Source of the DNA: Adineta vaga
Lineage: Eukaryota; Animalia; Rotifera
Direction of reading: 5' to 3'
Assembly (NCBI GenBank): GCA_021613535.1
Contig: CP075494.1
Coordinates: 3,658,001 to 3,722,000, forward strand
Length of the DNA stretch: 64,000 nt
The position numbers and the translations under genes are program-made. This document shows positions 24,955 to 37,552 of this stretch, piece by piece. The notes below the pieces were generated by a model, which worked only from the letters and a program-made list of their open reading frames with translations, was not told the origin of the DNA and ran no database searches. Within the stretch, counting starts at the first letter, position 1, and every line of letters begins with the position of its first letter.

Positions 24955-25460
24955 GTCTGTCGCGGACTAGCGATTGATATTCATGAAGTCGATTTAATCC
25001 GTGAAAATCTTGATGAATTTCATAGTTTTAATAGCTTTTCATCCACAAGTGAAGATCGTCAAATCTCAATGAATTTTGCTAAATAAATTCCTATTCCATT
25101 AGAATTAACATCCATTCTCTTCGAATTTCAACTTGATAAATAAATAAGAAATACTCGTCCGTATATGCCAATATCAAACATCTTAGTTATTTTCGTGAAG
25201 AAAATGAAATTTTAATTGGTTTAGGATCAATATTTCAAATCGAAGAAATCTTCTACGATGAAAATGAACACATTTGGATATTGATTGGAAATATCTATCA
25301 AAATCTCAATGATTTAGATCAAGCACTTTCATATCAAGAAAAAGCATTAGAATTATTACCGGAAGATCATCCATCGTATCCAGATATTTATTCAAATATG
25401 GTACAAATTTATCAAAATCAAGAAAAATATGATCTTGCTTTGGAATAACATAATTATGTC
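24955..25460 (+). pseudogene. Truncated ART + TPR pseudogene fragment
   Basis: CRGLAID...FNSFSSTS...SILFEF...NTRPY/ANIKHLSYFREENEILIGLGSIFQI, then TPR remnants; several TAA stops and frameshifts. Confidence 0.85.
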
Positions 25461-26387
25461 AAGAGAGATTAGTTTGGGAAGAACAACAAATCTGATTCAT
25501 TAATATCCACCTTTAGGATATACTTCGTTTCATTATAAAATAGATTTTTTTTCTTTCATAAATATCAAAAAGAATGTTTTCAATCATCCGATTCCTATTT
25601 GTTGTATATTTACTTCTGAATAATATTTTACGAATCAAGGTTCAAACGAAAGAGATCGACAAATTATGTATTGGTACATTCAAATAACTTCGATAGTTGA
25701 AAGTCGTTCGTGTATAAAAGATGAAGAAGAACGAAAACAACATGATGGTAGTTATTATAATATGTTCGTAGATCAGTATCCAACATTACAAGCTTATTTC
25801 CCTACATATTTACAATCATTAAATGAATCCGACCGAATAATCGCAAAGAAAATCATGGAGAAAACTAAACAAACAGCATTCAAAACATATGTAAAATGTT
25901 ATATGAAGATTTTTAATTCAGCAATATTTAGTTTTCTATTGAATAAATTTCTCAAATAAAATAATATATCAAATTCTATGGGAGTATCGTTTTCATCCGC
26001 AGCTGTAAGAAAAAAAACAAATCTTTTATTTTCTTTCTTTCTATACACGTGGTATGTATAGTGTAAATAGGTATAGTCAGAGAAAGAGAACGAGAAAAAA
26101 ACGAATGCTGTTTTGTTTTCGTTGTACATCTCGAACGATTCTATAGAGAGATAGGGCGTGAATAGCAATAGTTTGTTGTTTTCATTAGTATTTATATTAT
26201 CATTCTAAATTTAACACAATTGAATATCTTTGTAATTTATCGAGTTCAACTCTTTCTTCTCGTTAGATTTTACTCTATAACTCATATAGATCAGTCATGC
26301 ATGTCTTTTTATGATCAAAAGAGTATATATATTTCTTCTCTCTGTACTGTCTTAATTGCTTATCTTTAGTATTACTATATCGCATAG

Positions 26388-27256
26388 ATGTCCATTAATA
26401 TACTTCTTCTATCGGCTTTTATTGCTGTTCTTATTACTATCATCATTTTGAATCGTGTTTTACTCATTGGTTCACTTTTAACTTATATAAATTCTCTTCA
26501 TTATTGGCACAAAAAACGTAATTTTCGTCCACGTCGTATTATTCTCGTTCGTCATGGTGAATCCGAAGGAAATCTCAGTGAAGATATTTACAGAAGTACA
26601 CCTGATGCACATATCAGTTTAACACAACTTGGAAAAGATCAAGCAATTGAAGCTGGAAGAAAATTGAAGAAAGAGGTGCTGATCAATGATGATTCAAATG
26701 AAAATATTTATGTCTATCTAAGTCCTTATCTACGTAGTAGACAGACGTACGAAGGAATTTCAAAGTAAAACATTTTGAAGAATTTGAACTGAACTTATTG
26801 ATTTTTTAAAACTGTTCTAGAGCTTTTTCACCGTCTCAGATTATCAAAGTTCGTGAAGATCCTCGTCTACGTGAACAAGAATGGGGTAATTTTCTTCACC
26901 CAGATATTCGTCGAACGGAAATGGAAGAACGGAAAAAAGTTGGTGATTTCTATTTTCGATTTAGTAATGGTGAAAGTGGAGCTGATGTTTATGATCGTTG
27001 TACTCTCTTTCTCGATACATTATTTAGAGAGAATATGAATGGACAAATTCCAAAATCGGATAATATTTTAATTGTGAGTCATGGTCTCTTTATGAGACTC
27101 TTTCTCATGCGATATTTCCGATGGACAGTTGACGAACATCATCAATGGAGGAATTTTAAAAATTGTGAATATTGTGTATTGGAACATGACATAAATACGG
27201 GATCTTATGAATTGAAGACTAAATTGGAAAAAAAGAAGAGTGAACAAGAAGAGTAA
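26388..27256 (+). CDS. Histidine phosphatase (phosphoglycerate mutase-like, Det1-type), 2 exons
   Basis: IILVRHGESEGN, SPYLRSRQT, REQEWGN, GESGADVYDR, LIVSHG; intron ~26765-26820; N-terminal TM. Confidence 0.92.
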
Positions 27257-27504
27257 CTTTATTTAACATTTAATCTTTTTTGTTATTTGTCTTGTTCTTC
27301 AATAAATCGTAAGAATATCACTTCTTTGCCTGTATTCACATCGAAATATTCAACCATATCTACGCGAAAAACACGTGACACATAGATGATATATAAGAGA
27401 AAGCAAACATAATACTTTCTCTTTTACAAATTATTGCCATTCGCGGTTTTTGAAAAAGCACAAAGATTGTTGTGCGTGTCGACGTTATTCGATATCTCAA
27501 TAGT

Positions 27505-29259
27505 ATGGCATCATTATGTAATACACCACCACCAATTCGATGGATATCGCTTCTTCACGATTGCAATATCGATGATTTGGATACATATGGAGAAAACCTA
27601 GAAGATGAATCGCAACTACGAAGACCATTGGGTTTTATGAAATTTTTTATGAATACCGATGAATGTGTTGATTATATAGCAAAAGTTGAAGACAGTTATG
27701 TTGTTCTAACTATTTCTGGTCAATATGCCAGACATGTTATACCACATATACACGATTTTCCACAAATAGCAGCCGTCTATATCGTTTGTAAGCCAGAAAA
27801 TAAATAAAGAAATAAGGAATGGTCAAACATTTATTCTAAGGTACCTGAATATTTGGGAATGATTTACAAAAATCATATTGAATCATATGTACAGAATGAG
27901 AGTTCATCAGTTTCTAATCTTACTGACCATGTACGACTTTATGGTCCGACGATATTCAATGTATTTGATTCGACAGCCAGTACATATAAGGATTTGTCAA
28001 CTGAAAATGCGCATTTCGTATGGATGCAACTACTCGTTGAAATTCTATCGAATATGGATTGTTCAAAAAGTCCCGTGGATGAACTTAATCTAATGTGCCG
28101 CGAATTTATTAAAAGAGACAATAAAGATTGGGGAAATGCTTTTGTCTTCTTGGGTGTTTACGATTCTTTTAATCCTATTAAATGGTACACAAAAGAACCA
28201 TTTATATATCGATTTTTAAACGAAATCTTACGTAATGGAGATATTGATAAACTTATTATATTACGCATGTTAGTACGTGATATAAATAATCAGTTAGAAT
28301 TAGAACATCGAAAGTTTGTAGAACCACGTGTTACAGTATATCGAGGACAAGCAATGAAGTTAACTGAATTAAAATATTTACAAAAACATATTGGCCATAC
28401 TATATCGATGAATAGTTTTTTATCAACTAGTAGAGATCGTGATATGGCACTGATATATACCGAATCTATTGATAAAACTGATCCAAGTTTGACATCAGTA
28501 CTATTTGTAATCGATTGTGATACCCGTCGAGTAGATACGAAACCATTTGCTGATATATCACATTTAAGTTGTTTTGGAGGTGAAAAAGAAATCCTATTTA
28601 TGTTAGGATCCGTTTTTCGTGTAGATGAAATTCATAAAAATCAAACAAATGATTTATGGACAATTGAAATGACTTTGTGTGGAAAAGATGATTACGATTT
28701 CGAAAACTTATTCCAATCCCGAAGATATGATGCAGATAAAGCTCCGACTCTTACTTCTCTGGGACTGTTATTTCAAAAGATGGGTGATTTTAAACGAGCA
28801 GCGCAATGTTTTCAACAACATTTGAATCTATCAGAAGATGAAAATCCTAGCATACGTGCAGCTTCTTATCACAGTTTAGGTAATATAGCTAAAGAACATG
28901 GAGATAATGATAAAACTTTAGATTACTTCAATGAATCAATGACAATCAGATTGAATTCACCGTCTGTCAAGAAAATTCATATGGGTTCTTTGCATAATGA
29001 TGTCGGCAATGTTTACAGTGCAAAGAAAGATCATGCAAGAGCACTTGAATATTATAAAGAAGCTCTCCGATATACATTAGAATCCGTCGAAGAAAATCGT
29101 AACCAATCTGCAATGATATATTGTAATATTGGTGATGTGTATCGTAATCTAAATCAATATGAGCTTGCCTTGAGTAATCTTGAAGAATTTTTACAAATTT
29201 TAACAAATCTGGGTCAAGAAAATCAACCAGATTGCGCAAAAACATTGGTAAGTATATGA
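27505..29259 (+). pseudogene. Pseudo-receiver + R-S-E ART + TPR protein with in-frame TAA at 27805-27807
   Basis: Receiver-like VVLTISGQYA..VIPHIHDFPQIAAVYIVC; ART VYRGQ, FLSTS, GEKEIL; 4-5 TPRs. The frame continues past the stop (RNKEWSNIYSKV); 3' end possibly truncated or spliced. Confidence 0.8.
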
Positions 29260-29709
29260 AATGGCAAATTATAAATATTTACAAAAGATAGAACATGGAT
29301 TCTACCATGTGACGCATATTTCAATAGCTTTGTGCTTGTGATATAGAGAAGAAATAATAATCCCTTTCTCACAAATCACCTTCTTCGTTCTGTCGCTGAG
29401 TCTCAGTCTTTCATTTATATATCACACTGTATAATACGAAAAGGGAAAAGATCACATCGCTTACATCACATAAGACTAAAGTGCCTAGTGAGTCAATGAA
29501 TAACTACTATTTCTTCCATCTTTAATGGATATTTTCCCGTCTAAAAACGTTATAAAAAGGCTATAAACAATTTATAGTTTCAGTTAGTTCTCAACTAAAT
29601 CTGCATCATCGAATAAAAGGTAATTTATCTGATGTTATATTGATTTCTTTCGTTAAAAAAAATTTTGGCATTTCAGATTTGTTTTTATTCTATATTCAAC
29701 ACAATAAAA

Positions 29710-29865
29710 ATGGGTGATGAATGTAAATGTATGTGCCACCATGGTGGAAAATTTTCGAAAAACGGGCCAATTCACGTAGTGGCATGCTGTATCACATGTC
29801 CAGGATGCAACAAATATATAATATACAGCAAATTTCAAGAACATTCGGAAAAATGTCGAGGATAA
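29710..29865 (+). CDS. 51-aa Cys/His-rich putative metal-binding microprotein
   Basis: MGDECKCMCHH...HVVACCITCPGC...EHSEKC. Upstream TATA-like ctataaa (~29561), likely 5'UTR intron (~29620-29676), downstream aataaa. Confidence 0.6.
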   Translation: MGDECKCMCHHGGKFSKNGPIHVVACCITCPGCNKYIIYSKFQEHSEKCRG

Positions 29866-30185
29866 ATATTTAAAATGGACTGAAGTCAATGATTCAACGA
29901 GAAAAACATTACTTTTCTTATGCATGAATTCATAATAAACTTGACTATTTTATTCTGAGAACTGAATTTTGATGAAAATGTTTTTAATGCTATTGCAATG
30001 TTTCATTAAAAGAAGCAGAAAATATAAGATCAAGGTTCTCGATAGTTTTCGGAAATGAGATGAGCTTCGAATGATGGCGAAAAAACATAAAGAAGAAAAG
30101 CAAAGTGTGTTGCATTCGTTTTAATCAGAGAGATAGAGAACATTTTTCTAGTGTTATAAAATTCATGTCAGTGATATATCCACGC

Positions 30186-32453
30186 TTAAGTACCATCTTG
30201 GTTTTGTTCCAATAGCTGAATAACACGTCGAAGTTCTTTATCGACCGACACACGTTCTGGATGTCCTGAAGGCAAAAGTCTTCGATACATTTTGCTTGAT
30301 CGCTGCAAACTTTGATGAGCATCAGATAGTGCTCCTAAACTACATTGAATTTTTCCTATTTGATAAAGAACGTCAGCTGTTGAAGACGAATATAAGGATA
30401 ATGTACGTTCAAAAATATCGAGTGCACGCGTGCAGAACTCCAAGGCACGGATGTTGTCTCCAGCATCCCTGTAAAAATTGCCAAGCAAAGCTAATGTCAC
30501 ACCGACATTAACTTCATGTGAAGATACAAGACTTTGCTGTATTGCTAATGCTTGTTCCGCATTACTAATCGCTTCAGGATATTCTCGACGAGCCCAATGC
30601 GCTTTGCTTATACTAAGAAGATTAAAGGCAATGGTTGTTGGATTGATGTTTGGATTTTTTTGACGTAATTCAAGTGCACGAGTATAATAATTTAGAGCAA
30701 TATCATATTCGCGACGACCACGATGAGCATTTCCAATATAAATGAGAGTACCAGAAACGTCTTCATTAGACTATATGTAGAAAATAAAAGCTATTATTTC
30801 CAATCATATGGCAATGAGTTACAGTACCTCTTTCTGCATTTCGAGTGCTTGCTGATGACATTGCAAAGCATAATCATAATCACCTTTTTTCAAGTTGGAT
30901 AGTTCGCCCATCTTATTGAGTATATGAGCAGTCATAGGTTGAATGTGTCGATAAGTCAACAAAGCCAAATCAATATCTCCTTGTTGCACATATTGTTCTG
31001 CTTTCGTTTCTTCGGCTGTTATAAATGAAAGTCTAGGATAAACAACAATCGTACCTTATGTGATATGAACACTTTCATACGTGATATTTGTAGTCTCAAC
31101 TGGTGGTGGAGTAGATGGTTTAGAAGGTGGCGGTGGAGTGGATGGTTTACGAGGAGATGGTGGTGGCGGCGTTGGTGGTCTGAGAAGTTCATCGAGTAGT
31201 ACTGGTATAGTCTCATTCTTATGATTCTCAAGATATTCAAAAGCAAATTTCTTGCCAGCATCACCTGCCGTTTTCATTTTTATAACCGACATTTGTCCTC
31301 GATTTACGTAAACAATACGAAATGCCATACAAGGATCAAATATAATAAGTGATGACGTTTGTTTATTTGATATTTCGGTGAATAAAGATGATGCATCACA
31401 GTCAATTTTAAATAGAACAGACAAAAGATCTGAACGATACGTTGGCAATGATGCAAGTGTCAATGCATTCGTTCTCAGTTTCGTGCAAGGAAAAAAACCA
31501 TTTGTACAAATAAGTTCACCAGCATGTTCTTCGAATTTATCAAGTAACTCATTGGATAGTTTCATACCACGATAAACTTGATCGCTCGACTTCTGCTTGA
31601 AATGTTGATGGAAGAAACGCGATGCATCGGAAAATAGAAATCGACATGCATTAAGTTGCATTTTATTATGAGAACGCAGTGCATGAAGAAGAAAACGTGA
31701 AGGAAATGGTGAACGACAACACCAATTGATTACTTCAGCAGGTCGATATGATTTCTCGAGTTCGTCAATAACAGCAGTGATTCGCGTATTATCTCGATAA
31801 TATTGTCGAGCTGTATCGATTAGTATGTTTTTGTTCGGCGATACTTTACGATTTATTAACTAAAATTAAGAATTATAGAAATGAAAAAAAATAATCGAAA
31901 TCAATACCTCTTCTTTCCATAATTGTGACCAGAGAAATACTTTATCTTGTTCAAACGCAAAATCTTCTAGTTGAACTTGTTCGAAAGCATCAAAAACTTC
32001 TTTAACTATTCGAAGTAATTCTTCTTGTTGACTGAATGTTCCAAAAAGTTTCGGAAAATCGCCCTTCACATCCTCTGCATGTGGATCAAAGATAAAAATC
32101 GCTTCGACAACAGGAAAATCATGAATAGTGGCAATCAATTGATTATCATCTAATGATGAGATAAAAAAGATCTTTTCTTTTGAAGAACGTATCATTTCAA
32201 AACAAGGCGAAGGTTCAGTGAACGTTTGAACGTTATGGTTAATGGCACGAAGTGGTCCAACAATATTGATATTCGTTTGTTCTTGCGGATTAAACCAAAT
32301 AAAAATGACGCTTTCATAATTCTCATCTTTTGTGTTGTTACGACTGACATTGTGTTTAGACGATTGTTTTGTTGAAGGGACTAACCCATCTACTTGTTGA
32401 ACATCTTTACTTTTAAAATTATCTTTCGTTCGTACTGTATTTGAAGTAGCCAT
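30186..32453 (-). CDS. Pseudo-receiver + degenerate ART + Pro-rich linker + TPR protein, ~4 exons
   Basis: VIFIWFNP...IFFISS...AIFIFD receiver-like; VYRG kept but STS changed to FPCT and no ExE; PPTPPPPSP linker; ~6 TPRs. Confidence 0.85.
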
Positions 32454-32734
32454 AAAGATCTAAAAACTGAATGTGTTTTCTTACATAAAATACCTGACTT
32501 ATATGCAATTCATTTGTTTCTTTCTGTTGTATGAATACTAACATGCTTTATTTTTGCTCTAACTACGCTGAATTAACAAAACAACTTTGTTTGTTTGTAC
32601 AATGTGTTTCAACATTAAGCACTTTCTCTCTGCATTACTTTTAACTGCCATTATTTTCACACCAACGCATATCCACACCCACACTTTCACAAACAGAAAA
32701 AAAAAACTTCATTGTGTCACTTTGAAAAGAAATA

Positions 32735-35700
32735 TCAATGTTTAATGAATTGATGCCATTTGTTGAGAAACACTTTTCGATACGATGGTGCAGGAAGAAT
32801 AAATATAAGAAAAGTTGTTACTAATGGCATAAGCGATAGACAGTAAACGGTAATCGTCAAATATAATTGCCATGATGATTGAACACATTTAATAACAAGC
32901 ATCGCAATGATCCAAGGAACTTTGAAAATTATCATACACAATGGACTGATAATTAGATCTTTATGCTTGTAAAATTCTTTCTTGAGAACAGTCGAATATC
33001 TTTTCTTTGTGTTACTACGTTGTCTAATCCATGAGAAATGTATCAAAAACATAATAGCTGAAATTAAATTAATAAGAAATGGTACAATTGTATTTAATAT
33101 ATTGATAACAATCGTGTAATATAGCAACCAAGATTGACGAAATTTAATAATGCACCAGAAACGTTCATTATTATATGGATCATTCAAAAGATCTTGATTG
33201 AATGGTCGATGAAGTAAAATAAGTATTAAACTAATAATAAGTAATGGAATAACAAATTTTACGGCTCGTACACTGGCTCTTCGATCGAAATGAATACCTC
33301 TGAGAGAATTACTAGCACGTTCACATGCAATACATGCTGTTAACCAATCACATAGAGACAAAAGAAATGAGAGTAGGAAATCGAATAGAGTACAGCTGAT
33401 GATAAGCCATTGTCTATTCTTAATAATTGTTATTTGACTTACAAGTAAATGAATGAAATGTATAGCAAAAAAAATGATTGCTAATAGAGAAACAAATGAT
33501 AAGACAAGAAGATAATTTCCACAACCATATTGACGTATATCACTGTTGATACATGTAAGAAAACTCATAAGATTGGAAGTAATACCAACAATAAATATTA
33601 CAATGACGAAAGTCGTAAGTATTTTAATTAAACTTGGCTGTTGTTTCCATGGTGCATCCGTAATAATTATTCCACTAAGCAATGAATCGAGCGTTAGAAA
33701 AAATCGTGTCATTTTAATTTGACAAAAATTACCAGAAACACATTCGGGACATACACAAGCAAAATTCAATTGTCCTGATCGTTTTCTTTGTAAGCAACGA
33801 CCATTATTTTCACAATAATTCTTATCTGTACAATTATGTATTGCATGATTGAAATGTAAACAATCTGGTACGTGTTGTTCATCGACTAAACACATGTAAA
33901 CTTCATCATAGAAACAGGTCACATTTTGAAAATATTTATGATAAAATTTAATTCGTTTGAGCCATTCAGAATTTATCAACATACTATTTAATCGTTCATT
34001 TACATGTGGACATCGATGAATAGGAATAATCGATGTTGTCAATATTGTTCGATTATCACTAAGTGATGCAACTAAATAGTAAGATCCATAGAATGACTTA
34101 GGTTCATTAATAAATTGTGCAATTATAATTGGTGGTAAATATTCCTCATTTTCATCATGAATTAATAGTTGTCTGTTAGTTTGAACATTGCTAGAGAAAT
34201 GAACATCACGATGAATTAACATACCGGGAAGATATTTAGGTACATGAAGAAAATGTAGTATCAATACCGGAACTTTACTAAGATCATTCGAAATACTAAG
34301 ATATAAATGAGCATCTTTATATTGACATTCATTACCGGAATAGTGTTCTGGGCAAAGACAGGCATGTTCTTCTGTACGAACATCTAATGAAACACAGGTA
34401 CCACCATTTCGACATTGAATCAGGTGACAACTACTGTGTATCACTTGACATTGACGACCAGTTCGACCTAATGGACAAATACATAGCGCGTATCCATTGA
34501 CAATCGTAGATATGGATGGTTGGCGACAATTCCATGCAGACGCTCTCTGATTACACGTTGATCCCGTCCAATTAGTGAAACATCGACAAAAAGCACGATC
34601 TACATTCGAAAACATCTGACAAGAGCCATGTTTGCAGTCAAGTTGATTACATAATATTCGATCCAGAGAACGTTGTTCTGAAATTAATCGAACAGCAAGA
34701 CGATTTACGGGTAGAAATGAAAATTGAACTGGAAATAGCCAAGTGACTGAAAAATCGACAGTATATTGTGTAATAATATAACTATCAATTCGTAATGATA
34801 GTCTTCGAAAAGATGAACTAAATTGATTGATTCGTGGATAAATAAGTGTTATTAAATGTTTCAAAGATGAATGAATTGTTGAAGCATAAATATAAGTTTC
34901 TACTGTCAAAGGATTTTCTTGTTCGTCCAGTAAGTAGAAGACAAGTTGATAAATTGACTGTATTTTTATTGCTGATACTATGTCCATATTGAATGAAACA
35001 GTTAAACGTTCACTTTGATATTGACATTTTGAACCGTAATAACTAGGTGGACATAAGCAATGATGATCCATATTTGTATCATAGACTAGAATACCTCGAT
35101 GGCATGACCATAGAACAGTATTATTCACAGAAAGAAAAGTTAGATGTTTTATCGAGTTAAAACCAGTATTCTGAAATCGATTTGGTATTGCTTGTTCTAT
35201 ATAATATTTGAAATCACATGCCCATTCATCTTCTGCGTCTATACAATCAATTTTCTGATTACATCGAGTAAGATCTGGTAAACAAGTACCATTCTTACAG
35301 AGAAAACCATTGCAAGATGAATGCTTACGCCATGGACATAAAAGTTCATCATCTTCTAATTTACAATTGTCGATGCCATCACAAATTTCTCGATAATAGA
35401 CAGTGCCATCTGTTTGATTATAGCATGGAAAATAGGAGTTCGTTTCGAGAAAGTCATTTACTTTCAAATTCAAAGTCCATCGCTCATCTGATGCAAAGAG
35501 ACAATCAACAATACCATCACCAGCTTTCTCTAACGGCAAACAACCGACTTCACTTCTATTGTACTGAAAACAGTAATGCTCATTTGCAGAACAGTTTCCT
35601 ACCTGCTGAGCGATATAATTGGAAATTGTTTGAGGACAATGAAGTTCGTCGCATCCATTGGGTCGATTCCATACACCATTACAACGTATCGCACGTGCAT

Positions 35701-37552
35701 TACATGGCCAATCATCACAATTAGTTTCATCCGTTTCTATTTCATTTTCCACATTATTTTTGTGAATAAAATGACCATTGCACAGTTCTTGGTAAAAAAT
35801 AGGCATTTCTATTTGTAAATCAAAATGACGTAGATATTGACAATCAAATTTCTGTGTACAACCAATAGGAAAAATCTCGTCCGAATTAAATAAACAATCT
35901 ACATGACTATCATGTAATAGTCGTCTAGGAATACATTTTGCTGTTTTACTAAAAATACATTGAAAACGATTCTTCAGATTATATTGGCAAGAATCAACAC
36001 CACTTTCGTCGGTTACGTGCGGAAAACAATCATCATATCGATCAGTAACACGATCAATAGAAATAAGTCGACCATTTCTACATTGAAACAATAATTTTGA
36101 ATTATTAATCGGTGTATTTACATGAGAGAATATATTATGAATGCTCACAGCAAGTTGAGTAGCATGCGTAATTCCAATTCGAACTGTAGCATCAAATTGC
36201 CATAAATTGAAGAAGTATAATGCTCGACATTCATAACCTTGAAAAGAATCTAATTTATGTTCATTCGATAAAGTATATAATCCTGAAGCAGTAAAATTGT
36301 ATATCGAACTATTGAAACAAATAGCAGAGGGCGCGGAAAAATATGCTTTATCTTGATTTTTCTTTTCTTTGTTAGTATAAAGTAATTGAACTGATGGCAT
36401 GATAAAATACGTTGGCGGAAAGAAAAATTTCTCGGGACAGGATAAATACGAATATTTATTACGTCCACAATAACTTGCAGAATAATAGACGCCTTCATGA
36501 CATCGTGATTTTCCATGAGGTAACTCATACAAACAAGACACACCAATTAAACACCACATATATTGCCAACAAGTATAATTTAAATTCGTATCATTCTTAT
36601 AACTAAATATTTCTTTGATATACAATGAGTTTCTTTGACTATTACATTCCTCATAATCCTTACCATTTCTATCACGAAAAGCATAGTCTTGAAAACAAGA
36701 TCCATCACCACAACTGAATCCCGCTAGACCACACGAATGATCTTCACAATCAACGGAACTATCATTATGACAGAACCGACTATGATCATGTAATTCTTGT
36801 TCATCATAGAAATCCATACAATCCATGGTTAAATCAAATGAAAAACTTTTTGGTATACATAAACCGTTACGACATCGATATTCGTTATTTGGATCACATT
36901 GATTAAGTTCCATTTCAAGACAATTCTCTTCATCGTGTCCATTAGTACAATCACGAATTCCATCACAAATTTGTCGCCAATCAAGGCACAAGTCGACATA
37001 TGTCGTACAATTCGACATTGGATAACAAGTCATATGTGCTTCCGTTAATTGTCGTACATTATACTTTCGTTTGTCAAGATTCTCCATGTTATTTCGTATG
37101 AATGTCTGTCCAATAATATCATCAAACGTCGGAAAGTCAAGAGCAAACGAATATTGACATTGCTCGCCAAAGTATCTAACATCGGAACAATTACAAAATA
37201 CTTGTTCGGTATTATCATCAGTTTCAAGATAATGAGCATAGTTTTCTATGAGATCAACAGATGAATACCAATTGAATAGATCTTGTACAGTGACTTGAGC
37301 TTGACGAAGAGCAAGGAAAGTATAATTAGTGCCGTGACATGTAAGAGTATTGATCTGAATCGAATAATCGATAGATCGAATACAATAGGGTAGGAGATGT
37401 CGACCTAGATTGTTCGCTGTTTTCATATAACGATACAAACAAGTATGATCATCATTGTTTAGAATATGTTTGGTATGAAACAAACGAAAGAGATCTACTG
37501 ATGAGATGGCATAGAGAACAATCAATAACAGTACTTTATTTCTTTGAAACAT
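32735..37552 (-). CDS. Large LDLa-repeat + EGF-repeat + rhodopsin-like 7TM receptor
   Basis: Signal peptide at MFQRNKVLLL; LDLa repeats (CDGIRDCTNGHDE, CDGIDNCKLEDDE); EGF repeats (CLCPPSYYGSKCQ, CRNGGTC); C-terminal 7TM with ACER at the DRY position; intronless. Confidence 0.9.
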   Translation of the reverse strand: MFQRNKVLLLIVLYAISSVDLFRLFHTKHILNNDDHTCLYRYMKTANNLGRHLLPYCIRSIDYSIQINTLTCHGTNYTFLALRQAQVTVQDLFNWYSSVDLIENYAHYLETDDNTEQVFCNCSDVRYFGEQCQYSFALDFPTFDDIIGQTFIRNNMENLDKRKYNVRQLTEAHMTCYPMSNCTTYVDLCLDWRQICDGIRDCTNGHDEENCLEMELNQCDPNNEYRCRNGLCIPKSFSFDLTMDCMDFYDEQELHDHSRFCHNDSSVDCEDHSCGLAGFSCGDGSCFQDYAFRDRNGKDYEECNSQRNSLYIKEIFSYKNDTNLNYTCWQYMWCLIGVSCLYELPHGKSRCHEGVYYSASYCGRNKYSYLSCPEKFFFPPTYFIMPSVQLLYTNKEKKNQDKAYFSAPSAICFNSSIYNFTASGLYTLSNEHKLDSFQGYECRALYFFNLWQFDATVRIGITHATQLAVSIHNIFSHVNTPINNSKLLFQCRNGRLISIDRVTDRYDDCFPHVTDESGVDSCQYNLKNRFQCIFSKTAKCIPRRLLHDSHVDCLFNSDEIFPIGCTQKFDCQYLRHFDLQIEMPIFYQELCNGHFIHKNNVENEIETDETNCDDWPCNARAIRCNGVWNRPNGCDELHCPQTISNYIAQQVGNCSANEHYCFQYNRSEVGCLPLEKAGDGIVDCLFASDERWTLNLKVNDFLETNSYFPCYNQTDGTVYYREICDGIDNCKLEDDELLCPWRKHSSCNGFLCKNGTCLPDLTRCNQKIDCIDAEDEWACDFKYYIEQAIPNRFQNTGFNSIKHLTFLSVNNTVLWSCHRGILVYDTNMDHHCLCPPSYYGSKCQYQSERLTVSFNMDIVSAIKIQSIYQLVFYLLDEQENPLTVETYIYASTIHSSLKHLITLIYPRINQFSSSFRRLSLRIDSYIITQYTVDFSVTWLFPVQFSFLPVNRLAVRLISEQRSLDRILCNQLDCKHGSCQMFSNVDRAFCRCFTNWTGSTCNQRASAWNCRQPSISTIVNGYALCICPLGRTGRQCQVIHSSCHLIQCRNGGTCVSLDVRTEEHACLCPEHYSGNECQYKDAHLYLSISNDLSKVPVLILHFLHVPKYLPGMLIHRDVHFSSNVQTNRQLLIHDENEEYLPPIIIAQFINEPKSFYGSYYLVASLSDNRTILTTSIIPIHRCPHVNERLNSMLINSEWLKRIKFYHKYFQNVTCFYDEVYMCLVDEQHVPDCLHFNHAIHNCTDKNYCENNGRCLQRKRSGQLNFACVCPECVSGNFCQIKMTRFFLTLDSLLSGIIITDAPWKQQPSLIKILTTFVIVIFIVGITSNLMSFLTCINSDIRQYGCGNYLLVLSFVSLLAIIFFAIHFIHLLVSQITIIKNRQWLIISCTLFDFLLSFLLSLCDWLTACIACERASNSLRGIHFDRRASVRAVKFVIPLLIISLILILLHRPFNQDLLNDPYNNERFWCIIKFRQSWLLYYTIVINILNTIVPFLINLISAIMFLIHFSWIRQRSNTKKRYSTVLKKEFYKHKDLIISPLCMIIFKVPWIIAMLVIKCVQSSWQLYLTITVYCLSLMPLVTTFLIFILPAPSYRKVFLNKWHQFIKH

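Noticed and set aside
25666-25959. 97-aa ORF with plausible composition
   Set aside because: No motif or clear gene structure; may be a fragment.
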